DNA of 40,174 nt, taken from the IMG/VR virus record IMGVR_UViG_3300044724_001207, positions 1 to 40,174 of that record. The stretch is one strand, 5' to 3'. A program made the position numbers and the translations under genes. The stretch is from a virus (Duplodnaviria; Caudoviricetes). Below the pieces are notes generated by a model. The model worked only from the letters and a program-made list of their open reading frames with translations, had not been told where the DNA came from and made no database searches. Each line of letters opens with the position of its first letter. Within the stretch, counting starts at the first letter, position 1. Of this stretch, positions 34,785 to 40,174 are shown in pieces.

Positions 34785-35963
34785 TTAATTTTTGAACTTG
34801 TTTTTATTAATTTTAAGTTTTGAAGAGTCGATACCGTTGACGGCTTTAACCTTTAAACCATTTATAAACAGACTGTCGTTTGACGTTTGTCTAGGTGCTT
34901 CACCTGTTATGTTCTTAGACTTAACAGCGACATCCTTGATAGCGTCAGCCTTACCCTGTTCGTAAAAGTGTGAGGCAATTTTGTCAACATTTTGGGCCGC
35001 ATACATTGCTTTATGATACTCGTCAAATCTTTTTACATTACCACTTTCATCGAGAAACTTTCCCAATATGTTGTTAATACTTGACTGAGTATCAGCAATT
35101 GATTCTGGATTACTTACCCCGTATCTAAATTTCTTCTCTCCAACCTTAAAATCAAAACCTTTGAAATCGTTTTGGAAAAAATCTTTAGTTTTAGATTTGA
35201 ATAAACTTCTAGATTCTTCAGCTTGTTGTTCACTCTCCTTGTAGCGATTAAAAAAGTCCATTGCTTTTCTTTGTTCGTTGGACAACGTGGGCCTCGACTT
35301 GATTTCCTCGTAGTATTTATCCTTCAAATCATTTAGAAATGAATGGGCTTTTGAAACCTCTTCTTTTTGAGCAAGTTTTTTTCTCTTGATGTCTCGCTCA
35401 TCATCAAGGTCTTCATCGTAACGAAAGTTTTCTTCCATTACAAAATCTATTTCCTCATCGTCAAGATGTGGTTTTGTTTTCTTATAGTACTCTCTTAGTA
35501 GTGTTTCTTCATCTACGTTTGAGTAGTCTGTGTTTAGTCGGACATAGTCCTGTAGGTCACCACCTGTTTCTTCAATAAACTTTACTAGCTTATCTACACC
35601 CTCTGGTAGATTTATCTTAACCTTGTCTTCTGTCTGCTCAACAACGGGTGTTACCTCTTCTTTTTCTTCTTCCTTTTCAGTAATCTCTTGTATTACTACT
35701 TCCCCTTCTTCTGACTTACCCCCATCATCTGAACTGGTGACTTCTTCGGGAGTGCTTTCAGGTTTTGGTTCGGATGTTCCTTCCTCCACTTTTTGTAAAG
35801 TTTCGGTAGGTTTATCCTCATGTACGTCATTTGCGCTTTGCTCTTGAACGGCATCTTCTTTTTCTTTTAGTTCCTCTTTCTTTTTAGAAAGGTCTAACTT
35901 GGTTACTGTTTCTTTAGCCTTCTTGGGCTTGACTTTTGACAAGTCTACTTTTGTTTCCGACAT
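34785..35963 (-). CDS. putative capsid scaffolding protein
   Basis: Very acidic, low-complexity N-half and helical C-half; between portal and MCP. Confidence 0.65.
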   Translation of the reverse strand: MSETKVDLSKVKPKKAKETVTKLDLSKKKEELKEKEDAVQEQSANDVHEDKPTETLQKVEEGTSEPKPESTPEEVTSSDDGGKSEEGEVVIQEITEKEEEKEEVTPVVEQTEDKVKINLPEGVDKLVKFIEETGGDLQDYVRLNTDYSNVDEETLLREYYKKTKPHLDDEEIDFVMEENFRYDEDLDDERDIKRKKLAQKEEVSKAHSFLNDLKDKYYEEIKSRPTLSNEQRKAMDFFNRYKESEQQAEESRSLFKSKTKDFFQNDFKGFDFKVGEKKFRYGVSNPESIADTQSSINNILGKFLDESGNVKRFDEYHKAMYAAQNVDKIASHFYEQGKADAIKDVAVKSKNITGEAPRQTSNDSLFINGLKVKAVNGIDSSKLKINKNKFKN

Positions 35964-35990
35964 AATAATATAATATATAATTGTTTAAAA

Positions 35991-38396
35991 TCATCTTGGC
36001 TCAAATTGCTCTAAACCGATACCACCCAACACATCGTTTCCAGAGGACTCAAAGTCTGTTGGTAGTAAGTTGTTTTTTCTTTGGTTGATGAGTTCACTCT
36101 GCTGAGTACCCTGCATCCTAATTCTTTTATCCTTTCGGTCCTCTATCTCTTGTTCTTTTTTACCCTCAGCATTAGCCCTTACTTGAGCTAACTGCATGTT
36201 GAAATCAAACTCAGCCTGCATTAATCCTCTTTTTATTTCAGCCTCAGTCTGAAGTCTTTGTATTTCAAACTGCGCCTTAGCCTGCTCTATACTAATCTTT
36301 TCTTGAGTTAGGATTTGTTGTTTTTGCGCCTCAGCCATTGCCGCTTTTTCGGCTGCCTCAGCGTTAGCTTGAGCCTGCATCTGTATATTGGACTGCTGTT
36401 GCTGTTGTTCCCTTTCTAGCTTTTTCTTTCTCTTCTGCTTTAGAACCTCGTTAGCAAGCTTTAGGTTGTTTATTTGCCTAATGTCTATTGCATCCTCAAT
36501 ATCAATACCCCCCATTTTTATAGAAGCCTGTATGTTTTGCTCAAGCTGTGCTTTTTCCTCTTCTTCTGGCTCAAGTTCTAGGTATATACCAAAGTCGTGC
36601 AAGTGCAGGCTTGATATTTCCTCTAGCGTACCCACGTTAAATGAGCTTATAGCTCTTCTTAAAGATTGGTCAGTCAGGGCAAACTCAACAGAATCTGATA
36701 TTCTTAACGATATGTTTTCACAGGTTCTAGCGATTAAATAAAGGCTAGATTGTAGTATGTGTCGTGTCGCTACGTTCGATGCATTAGCGGCAAGCTTTTG
36801 CAGCCCTACAAGTGTATCCTCCATAGGTGCGCTACCGTCACGAGCCTCGTTAAGTCCTGTGACATCCCTAATCATTTGCAAGTAATACTGATAGGTGTTA
36901 ATCAATGCCGCTAACTTTGACTGACCGTTTGACGAACTTAGTTCTTGTATCGGAACCTTACCCCTATTCATATCACCCTCTTGCGTCAGAGACCTACCAA
37001 GTATGCTACCTGTTTGGAAGTACATATTCAAAGCCTCTTGGGGATTATAACTTGTACCATTACCGAGGTCTACCTCAGCCAATCCATCAATGTCTAGGTA
37101 CACACCGTCTGGCACCAGCTTAGACATTACCTGTTGAATCTTCAGGTTAGTGATGTTTATCATATCAGCAAACCCAGTAATCTTACTTACCGTTGACTCT
37201 ATCCTACCCTTATACATTCTAGGTGCTGTAATAGCATAATTCATACAAACCTTAGTCGTGTCTGATTTAGGTCTTGTCATATTCTCTGACATTTTCCAAT
37301 CAATCATTTGGTCGTATCCAAGAATCTTAGCACCAGTGAACAACACCTCTATGGTTCTTGACACTTTTTTAAATGTGTCTGCTTCTGGTGGGTTGAAAGA
37401 ATCTGTTTTTTCTATAGCTTTTTCTAACCCGTTTGCTGTGTGCTTTATTTTAAACACTTGGTTCATATAGGTCTTGTACTCAAAGTATAAAACCTGCACA
37501 GTATTTTCGTCATAGTCATTCCAACCAACAACATAGTCGCTCCTATTACCCATCTTGGATATCCTATCCAACTCTTCTTCAGAAATAAATGGATATTGCT
37601 TTTTAAGCTCTGGTATTGTTATAGACTTAACCTCACCAACATAGTAAATATCTTCAAAGTTTGGGTCCTCAGTGTAAGACCAAACCATTTTAGCTGGGTC
37701 GCAGTAGTCTACCACAACTCCTTCAGCCTTGTTCCAATCAGTTTTTACCGCAGCAATACCAAGAACTGTTAAGTCATAGTTTAATCTTCTCCTTACTAAC
37801 TCAAATTTATTTTTAGCTAAGGTGTTGTTTATAGCCTCTTCTTCAGCTATCTCTATGGATGGCTTATACTTGAGCTGCATATATAAAGAAACATCTTCGG
37901 GTGTTTCTGGTAAATCAGTTTTACCCTTAAAGTTCGCTGTATCCACACCTATACTATCCCTAAGTATTTGTATATCTTCCTGGGCTACTATGTCTCTAAG
38001 TAAGTTTTCTGCGTAGTTTGTTCTTTCTTTTAGTGATGATGGGTCTTGAGCATAAGCATTAATCTTATACTGCTTCTCCGACATACCATTAACAACGATG
38101 TCAACAAACTTAGATATAACTGGCACTGGCTTCCAATCTAAGTTAAGGTATGATAGGTCACCGTTAATGGATAACTCATCCTTGTACTTCTGTATTGGCT
38201 GCTCACCTCTAGCGTAAAGCCTTAAATTGTGATACCTGTTCCAATTAGTTGCAAACCTGTTACCGCTTCTCCCACCATGAAACCACTCACCCTCTATAGC
38301 CCTTCCTACCTGAACGCCATATTCAAAGCTCTTTTTCTCCTCATCGCTAACGACTTGGCTTGGGAACGAACTATTTGGATTTGTACTTATATTCAT
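35991..38396 (-). CDS. portal protein
   Basis: 801 aa directly after terL; IRDVTGLNEARDG motif and Q/E/A-rich C-terminal barrel helix. Confidence 0.85.
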   Translation of the reverse strand: MNISTNPNSSFPSQVVSDEEKKSFEYGVQVGRAIEGEWFHGGRSGNRFATNWNRYHNLRLYARGEQPIQKYKDELSINGDLSYLNLDWKPVPVISKFVDIVVNGMSEKQYKINAYAQDPSSLKERTNYAENLLRDIVAQEDIQILRDSIGVDTANFKGKTDLPETPEDVSLYMQLKYKPSIEIAEEEAINNTLAKNKFELVRRRLNYDLTVLGIAAVKTDWNKAEGVVVDYCDPAKMVWSYTEDPNFEDIYYVGEVKSITIPELKKQYPFISEEELDRISKMGNRSDYVVGWNDYDENTVQVLYFEYKTYMNQVFKIKHTANGLEKAIEKTDSFNPPEADTFKKVSRTIEVLFTGAKILGYDQMIDWKMSENMTRPKSDTTKVCMNYAITAPRMYKGRIESTVSKITGFADMINITNLKIQQVMSKLVPDGVYLDIDGLAEVDLGNGTSYNPQEALNMYFQTGSILGRSLTQEGDMNRGKVPIQELSSSNGQSKLAALINTYQYYLQMIRDVTGLNEARDGSAPMEDTLVGLQKLAANASNVATRHILQSSLYLIARTCENISLRISDSVEFALTDQSLRRAISSFNVGTLEEISSLHLHDFGIYLELEPEEEEKAQLEQNIQASIKMGGIDIEDAIDIRQINNLKLANEVLKQKRKKKLEREQQQQQSNIQMQAQANAEAAEKAAMAEAQKQQILTQEKISIEQAKAQFEIQRLQTEAEIKRGLMQAEFDFNMQLAQVRANAEGKKEQEIEDRKDKRIRMQGTQQSELINQRKNNLLPTDFESSGNDVLGGIGLEQFEPR

Positions 38397-40174
38397 CTAT
38401 CTATTATTTTGGAAACACTACCAGTATTGTCATATCTTTTGAAGCCAAGTTTAATATTGTTTCTAACCACTTTGTTTATAGGTGCGTATCTATTTTTGTT
38501 ACAGGCCATTATCGCTAGTCCTGAACTAATAGACGCATCAAACTTAGTTCTGTTGTTTATATCAAATCTTGCCCAATCATTTAATGTTCTATCGAAATAC
38601 ATATCTCCGTATTGGTCATCACCTATTACACCAACACATTCGTCTATGTAAGTCTCTATTGCGGCTGCATGAGCCTGCTTAATGTCTTCACTTGAGTTAG
38701 GTATACCACCTATCTCTCTTTCTGTTTGTGAGAGGTTGTTCCAGGTTCTGTCTGGTCTATTCATAGAGTAGCCCCTATACCCCCTTCTTTTAATGTGATA
38801 TAAAAGCCTCGGCTTGTTATTCTCACAAAGTATTGGCATACCGTAAAAAACAATAGCCATCAATATATCCTCAAAAAATATCTCAGCGGTCTGTGGTCTA
38901 GATATATACTCTAGAAAAAAGTGGTTTGCTGGTGCCTCCTCCATAGAAAACTTTGTTAGTCCGTGAAGAGAACCATTTGAACCTACGCCACTTACAGTAC
39001 CCGATATATCGTAACTATCACACCCGAATGCCCCTAAGTGTTCATTACCAGGATACTTAACCCCATTCTTTATTATTACTCTATTTTGCAGATTTGTGTT
39101 AGGAACCCATGAAATTAAAAATCTTCCGTTGTTGCTAGGTAAAAATATCACCCTTGTATCCTTTATACCGTTCTCCCACTGAAAGTTACCCTTTGTGAGT
39201 ATGTTGGTGTTTCTTAGGTCTTGGTTATAATCTATCTGCTGATATATCCTAGTGAGGTTAAACAAAGAGTTCTTAGCCTCATCCCTAAACGCATGCTCCA
39301 CTGTTCTTGGAAACTGCCTATAAAATTCGTTAAGACCATCCTGGTCGTTCTTTAATCCCTCTACCTCGTTCTCCCAATAATCAATAACACCCATCCGTAT
39401 TTCATTACCAAAGGTGTCGTAAACTTTTTTGTCTGGTGTATCAAACACGGGGTATCCATACTCGTCTATGTATCCCTCGTAGTTCCACTCCATTGGTATA
39501 AACAAGCTATACAACCCAGATGCTGTCTGTCCGTTGGCGTTTCTTTTGGTTACATCGGAGTCCTCATATAACTTCTTGAAGTTCTCACCCCCTTTGTCCA
39601 AAGAGTTTGATGTACTCCCCATCATACACTTACCAATCACCCTACTACCTAACCTTAGACATGTCTTAGTCACTCTCCAGTTGTTAAGTATGTTTGTGGG
39701 TTTCTCCCACTTACCACTCTCATCGTGTACTAATAACGATAGTTTTTCACCATCGTATGAGTTGTCCCCTGTGTTCTTCCAGTCTATGGTTGTATCAAGA
39801 CCTGTAATGTCTTCAACTTGAGTATTTGTGTCTAGCTTCTTTCTAGTAAACTTAGAAGCTGGTACACGGTACGCAAGCTCTGTCTTAGGTCTATCCATAC
39901 CATCCTGTATGGGTTTGAAGAAGAACGGGTAGTTTACCGATATTGGAACCACCTTGTCTGTAAACATCTTCTTAGCATCGGGTCCTGTCTTAGACAGTAT
40001 ACCAAACCTTGAGTCACTAGATAGTGTTGCTAAGTTTACAGTTTCTGCTGATGACATAAAAGAAAAACCAGAGCGTCTATTCTTTAAGTAGCACATCCCG
40101 TAGCTTCTGTGGTCAGCCTTACAAGCCTCCCAAAATATAAAGAACAATCTATTAGACTCTCTAAAGTCTGGTTT
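38393..40174 (-). CDS. terL: terminase large subunit (5' end outside the window)
   Basis: Walker A-like KNRRSGFS, Walker B LLVHDESGK and nuclease GCDSYD...ENNK...KFD. The frame stays open to the window edge (KPDFRESNRLFFIFW). Confidence 0.9.
   Translation of the reverse strand, partial: KPDFRESNRLFFIFWEACKADHRSYGMCYLKNRRSGFSFMSSAETVNLATLSSDSRFGILSKTGPDAKKMFTDKVVPISVNYPFFFKPIQDGMDRPKTELAYRVPASKFTRKKLDTNTQVEDITGLDTTIDWKNTGDNSYDGEKLSLLVHDESGKWEKPTNILNNWRVTKTCLRLGSRVIGKCMMGSTSNSLDKGGENFKKLYEDSDVTKRNANGQTASGLYSLFIPMEWNYEGYIDEYGYPVFDTPDKKVYDTFGNEIRMGVIDYWENEVEGLKNDQDGLNEFYRQFPRTVEHAFRDEAKNSLFNLTRIYQQIDYNQDLRNTNILTKGNFQWENGIKDTRVIFLPSNNGRFLISWVPNTNLQNRVIIKNGVKYPGNEHLGAFGCDSYDISGTVSGVGSNGSLHGLTKFSMEEAPANHFFLEYISRPQTAEIFFEDILMAIVFYGMPILCENNKPRLLYHIKRRGYRGYSMNRPDRTWNNLSQTEREIGGIPNSSEDIKQAHAAAIETYIDECVGVIGDDQYGDMYFDRTLNDWARFDINNRTKFDASISSGLAIMACNKNRYAPINKVVRNNIKLGFKRYDNTGSVSKIIDR

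Noticed and set aside
32310-35981. TAATATATA in several intergenic gaps (1522, 32310, 35971) as a phage late-promoter motif
   Set aside because: A purely A/T word in AT-rich leaders with inconsistent orientation relative to genes; it cannot be distinguished from background.
13042-39821. Numerous + strand ORFs inside the virion module (and - strand or alternative-frame ORFs inside early genes)
   Set aside because: Shadow ORFs of long genuine genes; Ser/Ile/Phe-rich translations without motifs.
1-40174. Stop-codon reassignment as in some crAss-like phages
   Set aside because: All major genes are full length and densely packed under the standard code; TAG and TGA both appear as real stops.

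Overview
About 40 kb of a tailed dsDNA phage genome, probably a podovirus of Bacteroidota (Flavobacteria-like). The host inference rests on TAnnTTTG promoter boxes, AT-rich leaders without Shine-Dalgarno sites, a Bacteroidota-type ECF sigma and a DDLPF-tailed SSB. Two convergent modules meet at ~12.7 kb. The + strand (1-12.7 kb) is an early/replication module: an ECF sigma, a second sigma70-family factor, ERF annealase, PD-(D/E)XK exonuclease, SSB, Twinkle/T7-gp4-like primase-helicase, metallophosphoesterase, endonuclease-I-like resolvase and class I RNR (nrdB, nrdA). No DNA polymerase is visible. The - strand (12.8-40.2 kb) is a virion module in Crassvirales-like order: terL, portal, scaffold, major capsid, accessory protein, two ring/tail proteins, a two-part muzzle-like protein and three probable ejection proteins, one a 2978-aa polyvalent protein. 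Unexplained signals: (i) a ~155-bp diverged, frameshifted copy of a tail-gene segment lying antisense inside the early operon, next to a beta-domain shuffled between two tail proteins; (ii) a promoter-pseudoknot-terminator leader before the recombination operon; (iii) a possible short regulatory RNA at the module junction. All product calls come from motif recognition by eye; no database search was run.
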